A stretch of DNA of 62,937 nt from Octopus bimaculoides (lineage: Eukaryota), in NCBI RefSeq assembly GCF_001194135.2, contig NC_068983.1, positions 167,559,501 through 167,622,437 on the forward strand, read 5' to 3'. How positions within the stretch are numbered: position 1 is the first letter of the stretch; each line of letters opens with the position of its first letter. The notes beneath the pieces were generated by a model. That model was not told the DNA's origin, did not search any database, and saw only the letters and a program-made list of their open reading frames with translations. Below, piece by piece: positions 50,393 through 62,740 of this stretch. The position numbers and the translations under genes are program-made.

Positions 50393-50702
50393 ATGTCAGT
50401 GTGATGATTTAATAACTTAACTATCCCAGAAATTTTGCTTAAAACCACTTGATCATTGTTAGATATTTGATAAAATTACAACATAAAAAAAGCTATTAGT
50501 TTAATGATAAATTAAGCATTACTCCTTATAAAGATCAGAATATTGGGGAAACAAAAAAAGTTTTAAAAAGGCAACTTGTAAAACCTGCCATGGAATGCTC
50601 CTACTTTGATAGCAACTAGCATTGTCAATATGTCCAAAGAATGTTTCTGTTTGTAAGGAGAAATATTTCTCTTGATCATTTTCTTTTGTTAAAAGGCACC
50701 AT

Positions 50703-50870
50703 CTACGAGATGTCAAGGAGATGATCTGTATCATTGGTGTCTTGTACACTTGAAGATTGTTGAATAGCTTCTGATACTGACACTTCATTTGATAACATTC
50801 CAGGTGGTAATGTGTCGTCTCTTTCCTTTCCATCTGTCTGGTGCTTTTTTTTGGAACGAAGACTATCATG
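50703..50870 (-). CDS. Probable terminal exon of the DUF21/CBS gene (HDSLRSKKK...DTDHLLDIS*)
   Basis: Strong acceptor TTTTTCACTTACTTTCCAG|, phase 0 matches the upstream exon, open for 55 codons to TAG. There is no homology support for this peptide. Confidence 0.6.
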   Translation of the reverse strand, partial: HDSLRSKKKHQTDGKERDDTLPPGMLSNEVSVSEAIQQSSSVQDTNDTDHLLDIS

Positions 50871-51319
50871 CTGGAAAGTAAGTGAAAAATATGGATTAAC
50901 AATCATCATCATTTTAACATCTACTTTTCCATGCTTGCATGGATCAGATGGAATTCATTGAGGCAGATTTTATACAGCCAAATACTCTTCCTTTTCCCAA
51001 ATTAAGTAATAATTTTCCTCCATGACCAGACATGTTTTCATGGAAATGGAGGACACCGAATATAGAATGGTGACACTTATTTACAAAAATCACATGAACT
51101 CAAGGCAAGGAAACACTAACACACAAATATGTATACATTTGTTGTACTTAGATCTTGAAAAACCAAAGAATATTTCAAACAGATTGGAATAAACTGAAAT
51201 GCTTTCTGAGTCGAATATATTAATATGTCACATATTTTTGTTCTGTTGTCCATAGTACAACTGCCCTTTCAGGACCCTGCTGGGGTCTATCACCCTTCTG
51301 TGGGAAAGGCTGAGAAAAA

Positions 51320-51742
51320 ATGTACCAGTGAACGACAGGAGTTGATTCACCATCCGAGCGTGATCATTGCCAGAGCAGCTGTCTGGCTTCCAGTGGCACA
51401 TAAATAGCACCATTTGAGTGTGATCATTACCAGCGTCGCCTTACTGGCATGTGAAAGACAACATTTGAGCGAGGTCATTGTCAGTGTTGCTGAACTGGCT
51501 CCTGTGCAGGTGGCACGTAAAAAACATTTGAGCGTAGCCATTGCCAGTACTGCCTGACTGGCCTTTGTGCTGGTAGCACGTAAAAGCACCCACTACACTC
51601 TCGGAGTGGTTGGCATTAGGAAGGGCATCCAGCTATAGAAACTCTGCCAGATCAGATTAGAGCCTGGTGTAGCCATCTAGTTCGCCAGTCCTCAGTCAAA
51701 TCGTCCAACCTGTGGAAGGCGGAGGTTAAACGATGATGATGA
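51320..51742 (+). mobile_element. LINE 3'UTR repeat units plus tail, no RT
   Basis: About 4 degenerate units of the 66-bp repeat, followed by ...GGAGGTTAAACGATGATGATG. Confidence 0.8.
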
Positions 51743-52056
51743 CTGACCTCTACCTTCCAACTTCTGGCCTCGTGCCAATGTTAGAAAAATACAGTCATCT
51801 ATATTTATGCGGAGGCCAAATGTATGATGTTGTCAGGTGATGAATTAAAAGAGAGACAATAAAAAGTTTTTCTTATGTGGAGAGAGAGAAAATGTTTAGC
51901 GCAGGGTTAGGGTTAGGGTTGTATAATTGAAAGGCAAGGCTAAGAAAGAGAGAGAGAGTATTTACTGATGGGAAGTAGGAAAAAGTTTTGTAAAAACAAA
52001 AAAACCTTTCTTCTCTCCACACAGACACATCTTATATCAGTGGACAGAAGCTAGAA

Positions 52057-54480
52057 CATAGCTTCCCAAAGTGGGCGAATTTCTAGAAAATGGTGGGTGA
52101 TATAAACATTTCGTAGGTGACAATGAATTTTTAGAAATTAAGGGCAAGACTTCCTTTTGCACCTACCCAAAAAACACCCCTTTAAAAAAAAATTTTTTCG
52201 GTTATGGAGAATACGAATCTACAAAAAAAAAAAAAAANNNNNNNNNNNNNNNNNNNNNNNNATTTTTTTTTTTTTTCAAAATATACGGAGATTATGATTC
52301 TGAAAAAAAACTGTTTCTACTTAGGGTCAACGTTACGGAAAAAGGTGAAGAAGAGGTGGGGCGGGGAACAGAAATTTCAAAATTCCGATTTTTGGCAAAA
52401 AAAAAAATATAATAATTTGCGAGAAAATAGGGGTGGGGGACGAGAGGAAGACTTTCCAAATTAAGTCTTCATTTGCTGATATCTAGGCATGCCTAGAATG
52501 AGGAGGCACGTTTATCGATTTGACTACTCGCATGAGACGTCCCTTAGTTTAAAAAAAAGCGGACTTGTGTATCGATTGAATATTTTTGTCGCAGTCATTG
52601 AGATGGTTGTCATGCGTGCTAAAAATAGCAGCCAAATAGGCCTTACATCACACTCCACTACAAATGTTTGTTTTTTTTTGCATAATCGTATGAAGTCCCG
52701 CTTATAGAATTCAAATTTGCAAAAATTTTCTGAAAAAAGTTATGTCGTGTGTAATTCATATCAAAACACAATTGCTATCTTCAGGATGTTGACAAAATGT
52801 GCAATCACGCACAAAATGAAAGCTTTGAAATCGTGTTTCTTCACTGGGTGAAAATGATCAAATTTTAATTTTTGAAATCCTGGCAGCCAAAGGAACTAGA
52901 TCCGTATTTGCTCCAGTAAAGACGTGTCATCTGACTCTGCTCTATTGACTTCTCTTTGGGGAAACCATTCTACCTTTCTGACATTCTCCGTAGATATTCT
53001 TTTTCACATTATTGATGCCTCCAGTCAAGAAAATTTCTCGACAGTGCAGTAGTGATTATTTATCGTTTGGATTTATTCCCTCTCCTCAGAACTGTCAGTT
53101 GCCTTCTTTGCCATCAAGCATTGATCATCGAAGCAATGAAGCCTTCACGCTTGAAGTATCACTTTGATGCAAAGCATTCTGAAAAGAAGGACAAGCCGTT
53201 ATCATACTTTTTTGCAACTGAGCTGCTCTTTCAAAAAGCAAATACAAACATTCAACACGCTACTCCAGGAGAATGGCGGGTTGAATGCATCGTACAACAT
53301 TGTATTGCTTGTTGCTAAGTCTGGCAAGTCTCACACAATTGGAGAAACATTACTTGGCCCAGTTATCGAAGAGGTTTGTCAATCGTGATACACCAAAAAA
53401 CGTGATAACATTATGAAGAAGATCCCACTTAGTAATAACACAATTTCTCGACGCATCGATGGAAAAGGGACAACGATGTCAAACATCAGCTCATTAATAT
53501 TCTCCAGCTTTATCAACTTTCTATACAAGTGGATGAATCAACTGTTGATGATGGTAAATGTTCAGTATTTCAGCGAAGACTTTCAACCTTGTGAGGAAAT
53601 GCTGTTCACAGAGAAAATTCCCACTTAGGTGCAACTATTTTTCACACTTCCAAGTCTTTCCTTTTTGAACATCCCACTCAGTAATATTCTTGCCTGTGCG
53701 TCTGATGGAGCCCCTTCGATGATAGAAAGATACAGAGCTTTTTCATCTCTTTCCTAAAGCGTGAATGTTTCCCACCAGATACTAATTGTTCATTGCTTGG
53801 CACACCGGCAGCATTTAGTGGCAAAAAATATCAACCGTACAGTTAGTTATGAAGACTGTGGACAAATTGAAGTCCAGTCCCTTGTCTGATGGAATTTTCT
53901 ATCAACTCTGTCTGAGAAATGATGAGGACTATACTAAATTCTTACACCATACCCGAAGTGCGGTGGCTGTCAAAAGGAAACTGTGTTTTACGCTTTGTTG
54001 AACTGTTTCATAGAATCATATCTTTCTTTGAAGCTACTCCACTATCCGTTTCATTGATGATTGCGATATCTTTGTGATATAGTCACGAAACTAAATAAGT
54101 TATTGTAAGGAAACAGAAAAAAACTCTCGTTGATTGTAAATCATCTACCACTACCTTCATTTCGAAATTGGTGTTATTTAAGACTAACATTTCAAAATAT
54201 CAATTCCACAACTTGATTCTTTGAAAGATGAATTGATTGATGAGGGTGGTTTAACTACATATAGTCATTGCACGATGACATGGTGGAGCGATTTCAAGAT
54301 GTTATTGCGCTGAATATTCCAAATTGGTATAGCAATCCGTTTGAGTTCGATTGCGAGGATGATGTTCAGGAGGAATTGACAGAATTACAAAATGACAATG
54401 ACACCACGATGAAGGATTTGTAAACAACCGCATATTTAGTTCAAACGACACTAACAGGGCAACGAGTTTACGAAACACTG
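52057..54480 (+). mobile_element. hAT (Buster/Charlie-like) DNA transposon, degenerate transposase, 8-bp TSD
   Basis: AGCTAGAA at 52049-52056 and 54481-54488. Imperfect TIRs CATAGCTTCCCAAAGT / (rc) CAGTGTTTCGTAAACT. Fragments MKPSRLKYHFDAKH, KSGKSHTIGETL, IPLSNNTISRRID, SDGAPSM and HTRSAVA (H..VRWLS-like). Confidence 0.9.
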
Positions 54481-55619
54481 AGCTAGAATGAAGAATAGCT
54501 GCATATTTCGATAGAAAGTTAAAGTGAAATAGTAATCAAGTAGTCGTGGATTATTATTGTTTTATGTTCCAGCATAAAGGCTGTGGCAACGCCGTTTTTA
54601 TTAGGTCTAAATGCTTATTGGGATTGTCAGAATGGAAAGAAGACAGGCAGATAGATACTGAGCTGAAGTGAAAATAATCTTGATTGGTAAATAACTTAGA
54701 TTGAGGTTTGTTAGTGACGAGTAGAGAAATATTGAAAGGTGATTGTCAATGGACAAAATTATTAATCACCCCCACCACCGCCGCTTCTCCGTTCACGCAT
54801 GCGCTTCAGCACACGAAACGATCGTCTGCTTTCATTGAAACTTCCAAAATAATGGACAAGAGACAGTGGAAGCAAACAAGAGAAAGTTCAGGGTAAGGTA
54901 TTTCTTTTTTAGCTTTATTCAAATAACTGTAATCAGGTCTGTTAAAACTTTATTAATGTCTATACTCTAGCAGAACAACGATCGCTACCATTTTCAATTC
55001 AATATTTCTATCATTGATGGACATAAAATCAAATGTAGCACAGCATTCATGACTTTCAGAAACATTATTTCATACTTTGAACTATTGAAACATGGAGTAA
55101 AGTACCTTTGCAGGACACTGCACCCTTCAAAAATTCTGTTTCCCTAAATTCACCAACGCTATTCCTGACATGCCCGTCCAGCCTTTCCTCCTCTTTATGA
55201 CTCTTTTACCATCCTTGTTGATGCCTTTTTGTGTTTTATTCTGTCTATCATGTACTTCTATCTTTTATTGCTGTCTTCTTTCTTTACTTATGTCTGTTTT
55301 TGTTTCTGACTTGTATACAATAAGTTCATTATAATGTCTTTAATTTTGTTCCATAATTAAGACTGTTTACTTTTTGACGTAAAGTGAAAAATAATAGATA
55401 ATAACTTACAAAATAGAAGACATAAGAATAGAACTTTCAGAAATGTCTTTTGGGGATTGTCCCTTTGATACTATTATTGAGGTAGACTTTTACACCAACT
55501 TAACAATCAAATGCTTCAGAAAAATACACAGTGCTATCTTACAATTTTCAAAATAACCTTGGAATTTCATGGGTACTATTACATAAATTTATCCTGTAAG
55601 GTATATTATGCATTCAAAA

Positions 55620-56760
55620 TATACAGCAGCGTGAAACGGGACTGTGTACTTTCCCCCACCCTATTTGGCATCTCCTCCTTTGCAGTCATGTTAAAACATA
55701 CATTTGGGACACCAACTGACAGTGTTTACCTCCACACCAGACTAAACAGTTTACCAAGTGGCAAACTGTTTAGTTTGTTGAGGCTGAAAGCAAAATCCAA
55801 GATGCACCAGGTGCTCATCAAACAGTGGACTCTGAAGAGCAAATGCTGTACCTTGTGGACAAACTCTCAAAGGCTTGTCAGGAATTCGGCCTGATTATCA
55901 GTCTGAAGAAGATCCAAATAATGGGTCAAAGTGTCAAGTATGCTCCCATCATCACCAACAACTACAAGCTGGAGGTAGTCCATCAATTCACCTATCTTGG
56001 CTCTACCATCACTGATGACCTCTCCCTGGACCCTGAGATCAACAGGCAAATCAGACATGCATCCTTCACATTTGCCAGGTTCACAAAGAGAGTCTGGAAA
56101 AACCCAAAAACTGGCTGCAAACACCAAAATTGTTGTCTATAAGGCATGAGTCAGTGAGACACGGAGCCCCTACTCTAGTCAGGAGTGGCATCTCAACATC
56201 TTTCACCTTTGCAATCTAAGATGCATGTTGGACATCAAGTGGACAAACCACATCACCAACACCAAAGTCCTCGACTGAGCCAAGATAGCCACAAACACAT
56301 CTTGCTCCAGCAGCATTGTTTGTGCTGGCTTGATCATGTTCATCACATGCCAGGATCCCAAAAGCTCCGTTGTATGGGGGAATTGGCTACTGGCACAAGA
56401 GTATGAGGATGACCTCATCCTCGTCTCAAAGATGTCTGTAAGAAAGATATGAAGTTGCTTAATCTGGACGTCCTGAGATGGGAGGAGGTTGCAAATGATT
56501 GCCCATGCTGGAGGCAAGTACTGCGAAAGGGAATGAAGAGAGCAGAAGAAAAACAGGAACTTGCCATCACAGTAAAGTGCCTTGGACGGAAGGAAAAATC
56601 ATCAGCACTGGCAGAGAGTTCCTTCAAATGCATGACTGCTACTCCCATGTGGACCTGTACAGCTACAACAGATGCTGCACAACCATCAGCAGCAACTCTT
56701 TCTTTGGATGCCGATCCATGGCCTCTCGAGACCAATGGATGCCTACTACTACTACTGAGA
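55620..56760 (+). mobile_element. BovB-like RTE LINE, RT C-terminal half and 3' end
   Basis: VKRDCVLSPTLFGI, FGLIISLKK, VVHQFTYLGSTIT, PHPRLKDVCKKDMK. Confidence 0.85.
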
Positions 56761-57954
56761 TATGTTATCTAAAATATTATTCTCACAAAATCAGGAGCAA
56801 TCTGCCAAACAATATATCACAAGATTAAATATAAACAGATTTTCAAAAGAGTTCCTGTTCTCAGGTTATAAAGTTCATAGTCAATTTGTTTAATAATAAT
56901 GGTTTCTAATTTTACCACAAGGGCAGCAATTTTGGGGGAGGGGATGAGTCGATTACATTGACCCCAGTGTTCAACTGGTATTTTTATTGACCCCAAAAGG
57001 ATGAAAGGCAAAGTCGACCTCAGCAAAATTTGAACTCAGAATGTAGTGACGGGCAAAATGCTGCTAAGCATTTTGTCCAGCTCGCTGCCTTTATAATAAT
57101 AATCCTTCCTACTATGGGCACAAAGCTTGAAATTTAGAGGGAAGGGGATAGTCAATTACATAAACTTCTATGCTCATCGTCATCATTTAATGTTTATTTT
57201 CCATGCTGGCATGGGTTGGACGGGTTGACAGGCGGTAGCCAGGCAGAAAACTGCACCAAACTTGTGTGTTTGTTTTGGCATCGGTTTTATGGCTGGATGC
57301 CCTTCCTAACACCAACCACCCTGCAGATTGAACTGAGTGCTTTTTACATGGCACCAGCACAAGCAAGGTCAGTTTTGGCATGTTTTTTTTTTCAGCTGGA
57401 TACCCTTCCAAACACCAACAACTTTAGTGTATGGACTGGATACTTTTTGCATAGCACCAGCACTGGAAGGGTCACCAAGTAACTTTGCAAGACAAGGAAT
57501 CTTTGAGAGGGGAAGAGGGAGCATTGGAAGAAGTGAACTTGTGCCAGGGCATACTCACAAGGAGCAAGGATCAGAACATAAATGGGATGGTAGAGTAAAA
57601 GAAGGGAGAGATAGATGGTGGCAAGTGCCAAGGCATAACCTTGAGGTTCAAATGCTATAAGTGGTAGGGTATTGCCAAAAAAGCATGAGTAAGGAGTAGA
57701 CACTTCACATGGATGCACAGAGTGTGGGGAATGCTGAAAGGGTACTTATTTCATTGATCCCCAAAAGGGGATGCAAAACATCAAACCAAAAGAACTGTTG
57801 GTAAGCATCTTGCCCAGTGTGCTAATGATTCTGTCAGCTTTGCTACCTTGTGATAAATTATAACAATCCTTTCTATTATAGGTACAAGGCCTGAAATTTT
57901 ATGGGGATGGGGCTAGTTGTTTACAGCAACGTCAGTGCTCAAGTACCAAGTCTT

Positions 57955-58893
57955 ATAATTTGCAGAAAGAGACTCTGCAAGACCTCTGATAACAGGTTGC
58001 TGTCTGCTCTCACAGAATGAGCCAGAGCGAGTAAGACCAAGAGCTCTGAGAAGTAAAATATAATAAAATGTATGATCAATTCTTGCAGGAAATTCCTGAA
58101 ACAGTTGACAAAGATAAGATTTGGTAATGGACTATGAAAAGCGACTCAAAAGTTGAAACTGAAGCCCTTATCTTCACAGTCCAAGAACAGTCACTAAGAA
58201 TGAACTATATCAAGTTCAATCTTGACAAGTCAGTAAGTTCCCCACTCTGTCGGTTGTATGGTGAGAAAGGTGAAACAATAAACCACATTATTAGTGAATG
58301 CAAGATGCTCTCACAAAAAGAGTACAAGAGAAGGTATGATAACATTGCCAGATTAATCCACTGCAAGCTCTGTCACAAGTATGACATGAACAGAAGTGAG
58401 GAATGGTATGAACACCAACCAGAAAAGGTTGCTGAAAATGAACACTCTAAGATCTTGTGGGACATGGCCATCCAGTGTGACCATTTTATTGAGGTTAGAA
58501 AACCTGACATTGTTGTCACAGAAAAGAAGAACAAAACAATTATTGTGGATGTTGCTTCACCATGAGACCACAGGGTGAATAAGAAGGAAATATCAGGAAC
58601 TGAAGTGGGAAATCAGGAAACTATAGAGAATGTGGCAAGTAGAAGTGGAACCGATTGTGGTTGGTGCACTTGGAGCAGTTAGTAAAAGGTTGGATGCTTG
58701 GCTTGAGAAGCTAGAAAAATTAGCATTAAAAAATCTGGCTGTTGCAGAAAACAAGATTCTAAGGAGGATGTTAGCAAGTTGAAGAGAAGGTCCAAAGGAT
58801 CTTTGGTCATTGGATATAGCTGGCTCTTTTGGTATAGTGTCAGTATAACATCTGCAAGAGTGAAAGCATCATAGAGATGATGATGATGATAAT
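57955..58893 (+). mobile_element. R4/Dong-like non-LTR element 3' part (CCHC knuckle and restriction-like endonuclease)
   Basis: ETEALIFTVQEQSLRMNY, CRLYGEKGETINHIISEC, KILWDM, KPDIVV...IIVDVASP, PIVVGALG, and a (GAT)n/AAT tail. Confidence 0.85.
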
Positions 58894-58912
58894 AAGGAAT
58901 GTTTTTACTCAC

Positions 58913-59062
58913 TTTTGACAGGGAATGAATGTTATAACATTTCTGTCTGCTTCGAGACACTTGAAGTTTATCATTGATGTCAAGAAGAACTTCAGTTTCG
59001 TCAACTATCTCCTCCTGGATTAATTCTTCAATAACATCTTCAAGAGTGATAATCCCAATTAT
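58913..59062 (-). CDS. DUF21/CBS-domain (CNNM/Mam3-like) exon (IIGIITLEDVIEELIQEEIVDETEVLLDINDKLQVSRSRQKCYNIHSLSK)
   Basis: Acceptor TTTACTCAG, donor AAA|GTGAGT, 150 nt, phase 0/0. GIITLEDVIEEL..EEI.DE is the CNNM/CorC CBS2 signature. Confidence 0.9.
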
Positions 59063-60661
59063 CTGAGTAAAGATTTTAAAATAACAGATGTCATGTATAC
59101 ATACGTAATTGAAAAATACACCATTGCTCTTGAATACTCATCAGGTTATAGCCATAGATAATACATGTAAGGTCTGTTATATCCCCTATATAGAACATGT
59201 GGGTCTGTTACAGCTCCTAGATAGTACATGTGAAATAACATTATCATTGTTAAGCTGGTGTTTGGAAGATAAATAAAATTCTAATGGAAGGCATTAATTT
59301 AAATCCCTTTAAAACAGGAAATTATTATCATAGTATCAGAGGCAGTCTCAGTTTGGTTTGCATCAAAAGAGTTAGATATATATTTCAGGTGGTGTCTATT
59401 AACATTCTTCACTAAAATCTAGGAAAACGATGTCCACTTGCTAGCCAAGCTCACACCTACAAGCACACCTTCTGTCTCAAGACTACAACTCTTCAAAGAA
59501 TCATCTCATCAGTCTAGAGTTGCTGTATAGATTTATAAGGCAATTTGAAAGAAATTAGGTTGCTATTGCTAGCAGGTAAAACGACCATACAAAGGCTTCC
59601 TTACTGACTCATGAGTTGTGATAAATAATGGTGTCTGCTGAATTATCCTAGGTATAGACACAATTGTGATTGAGAAGTTTGCTTCCCAGCTACATGGTTT
59701 CAGATTCAGTCCCACTGAACATGGGTCAACCAAAGCCTTGTGAGTGGATTTGGTAGATTTGGAAACTAAAGGAATACCTGGTGTGTGTGTGTGCCAGTAT
59801 GATATTCTGTATCAGACTTGAAAAAATAATCCTACAGTTGACTTGACTGACTAAGCCCTCAATGACACTACTCCAGCAGTCCAATGGCTGAAATCAGTAA
59901 AAGAGCATCTGTGTGTGCACATATGTGTTAGTGCCTCTTTCTCTTGGCATAGTGTAACAGTTGTTGACGGGTGTCAACTTCATACAAATGGTATTCTTCA
60001 TTTTTAATCTTCTGCCTGGGGAAATATTACATTACTTGGAAACAAGTGAGGGTTGGCAACAGCAAGGGTATCTGGCTGTAGAAGATCTGCCATAATGAAT
60101 TCCATCAAGTCCAGTCCACATGACCATATAAAAGTGGATATTAAACTGATGGTTTAGTCTTTTTGATACCAACCTACCTGAGACAATCTCTGGATCTATG
60201 ATACAAGCACCTTGTTCTAAAATGATTTAAATTAAAACCTTCCATCAAAATTTCATGTTTCAAACCTCAACTTAATAACAATAAAGTTATTTTACTAAAT
60301 TCTTTATTTTCAAAATTAATTGGAACAAAGGCAATCTATTTCAACAAAGATATGGCTATGAAAGGGTTAAAGAAAACATTTCTCCAATAAAAATAAAATA
60401 ATTTAAAAAGTGAACATTCAAGTATTTATGGCAAGAATCTAAACACAGCTCATTTTATCAAGAAACAATAATGTATCAGACAGTTTTCATTAAATTCTTC
60501 TGTTAATATTTAGTATTCCAAATTAACTCAAATACATAGTTAATCAATATTTGCAAGAAATATATTAAGGCAAGTGCAAATCTAATCAACTTTGTTGAAA
60601 AACAGAAGTAAAATAAAAGATTGTTTGTTTGTAAAGAGAGAGTAAATAATGTGTGAGATAC

Positions 60662-60744
60662 CTTTGCATCGAGGGAAGCAATTGCTGCAGTTGTTGTGAT
60701 GATAACATCACCCGGCATTTGTTCTCTCACAATACATAAATGAC
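60662..60744 (-). CDS. DUF21/CBS-domain exon (xHLCIVREQMPGDVIITTTAAIASLDAK)
   Basis: Acceptor CTTTTCAAG, donor AAG|GTATCT, 83 nt, ends phase 0. HLCIV corresponds to the CNNM SHLAIV motif. Upstream exons probably lie beyond the window. Confidence 0.8.
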
Positions 60745-61329
60745 CTTGAAAAGATTGCAATATAGATATATATATATAGGTGTGTGCATAAACGATGAAA
60801 ATGTGGCATAAAGGGACAACAGAAAAAACATACAGATTAGCAGGAAAAAAACCCCACAATGGACACAGAGAAGCTCAATCCGCTCATCATCACGATTTTG
60901 ACACCTTCCAATATTATTATTCAATTTAGCTGAACCAACAACGTAAGGGATAAGAGTGAGTGGACATGATAGATATGAACATGAACAGGAAAAAAAAATG
61001 AGACTAGTATGTGTGTGTGTATGGTGGAGATAAAGTTAACTGACATCGAGGACTGGAAGCCATCTGAATATTGGGAAAGAGTTACCTACATTGTGATGAT
61101 TCATATTGAGTACCAAAATGCTGGCATCATGACTGCTGTTCAATGTTCTGTGAACATTTTAAAGGCTGCAAAACGTGGACAGCTGTAACAAATATTACAA
61201 AAGCCATTGCCAGCAAGAAGGGACAAAACAGACATTCTGACAGTGTCCACACATTGGAATTCATCCTCACATCTTTGAACAAGACCTTAGGCTCAACTCA
61301 GACAGCTATGAGAAGCTGTTGGAGAATGA

Positions 61330-61660
61330 AGACAATCTCTGGCTGAAAGGCCATATATATGTGGCAGCAGGATTTGCTTGTGTGCCATGCCTCCAGAAAG
61401 AATTAGAAATGGTTGTCAGAGAATTTCTACAACTTCAGTAGCTCTCATTTCTGGCTTCCTAATTCTGCCAATTGTAATCCCATGGATTACTACATACAGT
61501 TGAGAAAGACACCAACTACTCTGCTTGTAACACCAAGGCTGAGCTGGTGGCCATGATCGAAGAGGTATTTGAAGATCTTTCCAGAGTAAGGAATGCATGT
61601 GCTGAGTTTCAGAACCATCTTGAGGCTGTGGTGAAAGTGGAGGGCAGCTACTTTCACCCA
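61330..61660 (+). mobile_element. Tc1/mariner (maT/DD37D-like) transposase C-terminal fragment
   Basis: MWQQD...FWLPNSANCNPMDYY...NTKAELVAMIEEVFEDL...LEAVVKVEGSYF. Confidence 0.7.
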
Positions 61661-61669
61661 GTCATAATC

Positions 61670-62420
61670 TACTTTGCAAGCTTCAGAATAAATGATAACC
61701 CAAAGGAGCAAGGTCAGGAGAATATGGAGGATGTGGAAGCCTTTCCCACCCTAACTCCTCAATCTTGGCACATGTGAATCTTTTACTATGAGGTCTGACA
61801 TTGTCATGATGGAAAAAAAAAAACCTTTCGATTGACTAGAAACCACCTTTTTTTCTGTAGGTTTATCAGTTACTCTATCAATTTGTTCACAGTACACTTG
61901 TGCTGTAATTGTCTGGTTTTGTGGCAAGGTTTCAAAGTGTATTACACCAAATGCTTAACAGAACCTTTGAAGGATGAAGATCTTGTTTTGGATTGGGTCT
62001 TGCTTGTTCTCCTGGTTGAACCCATTGACATCAGTGTTTAACATTCTTATGGAGTATCCAGTTTTCATCACCAGTCGCTAGGCAGTTCAAAAATGAGGAT
62101 TCATGGGAATAAAAAGCAGTGCAGTTATTGAATACTCTCTTCAATTGTTTCCACTCAGTTTATGTGGAACCCACTTGCCAAGCTTAGACACAATTTCAAG
62201 TTCTTGCACATGGCAATGGGCAGTTGATGAATTAACCTCTTCTGCTAACTCTTCAACAGTTGCATATGGATTTCTTCCAGTTGTGGTTTTTAGCACATCA
62301 CTATCAAAAGAGCAGTAGACATCTTCCAACCTAAAGTCTCTTCGTCAAAATTTATGGAGCTATCATTGGCACTTGCAAATATTCAAAACACCTTCACTAT
62401 ACAATTCTTGCACATTTCTC
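61670..62420 (-). mobile_element. Mariner transposase remnant
   Basis: TVEELAEE...SKLGKWVPHKL, HHDNVRPH, LGWERLPHPPYSPDLAP. Confidence 0.85.
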
Positions 62421-62740
62421 ACAGCATTTGTTGCTTTTTTATACTCATGAAGCATGACATGTCTTATGTGCTCTTCTGTGACTTCCATTTTTATGAAGGG
62501 CTATTAAAGCAACAAATTATTATTTGTGTGTCTGCAAGCCAGAATCTATCTAACTGAAGCTTTCCTTGCTCTGAGGTATTTATGCACCTGTGAAAAGATC
62601 TTGTTTAAATGTGTTAGAGCATGTTTCAACAAGTATGGTCTGAAAACAACATTACTAATAGGTGTGTGTGTGTGTTTGTGTGTGCCAGTGTGACATTTTG
62701 TATCAGACTTAAAAAAAAAAAAATCCTGTGGTTGACTTCA

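Noticed and set aside
62588-62639. Possible further CBS-gene exon on the minus strand (TILVETCSNTFKQDLFT-G)
   Set aside because: It has a good acceptor and compatible phase, but a weak donor (GTGCAT) and a poor match to the expected CBS sequence before SHL.IV. Not supportable without cDNA.
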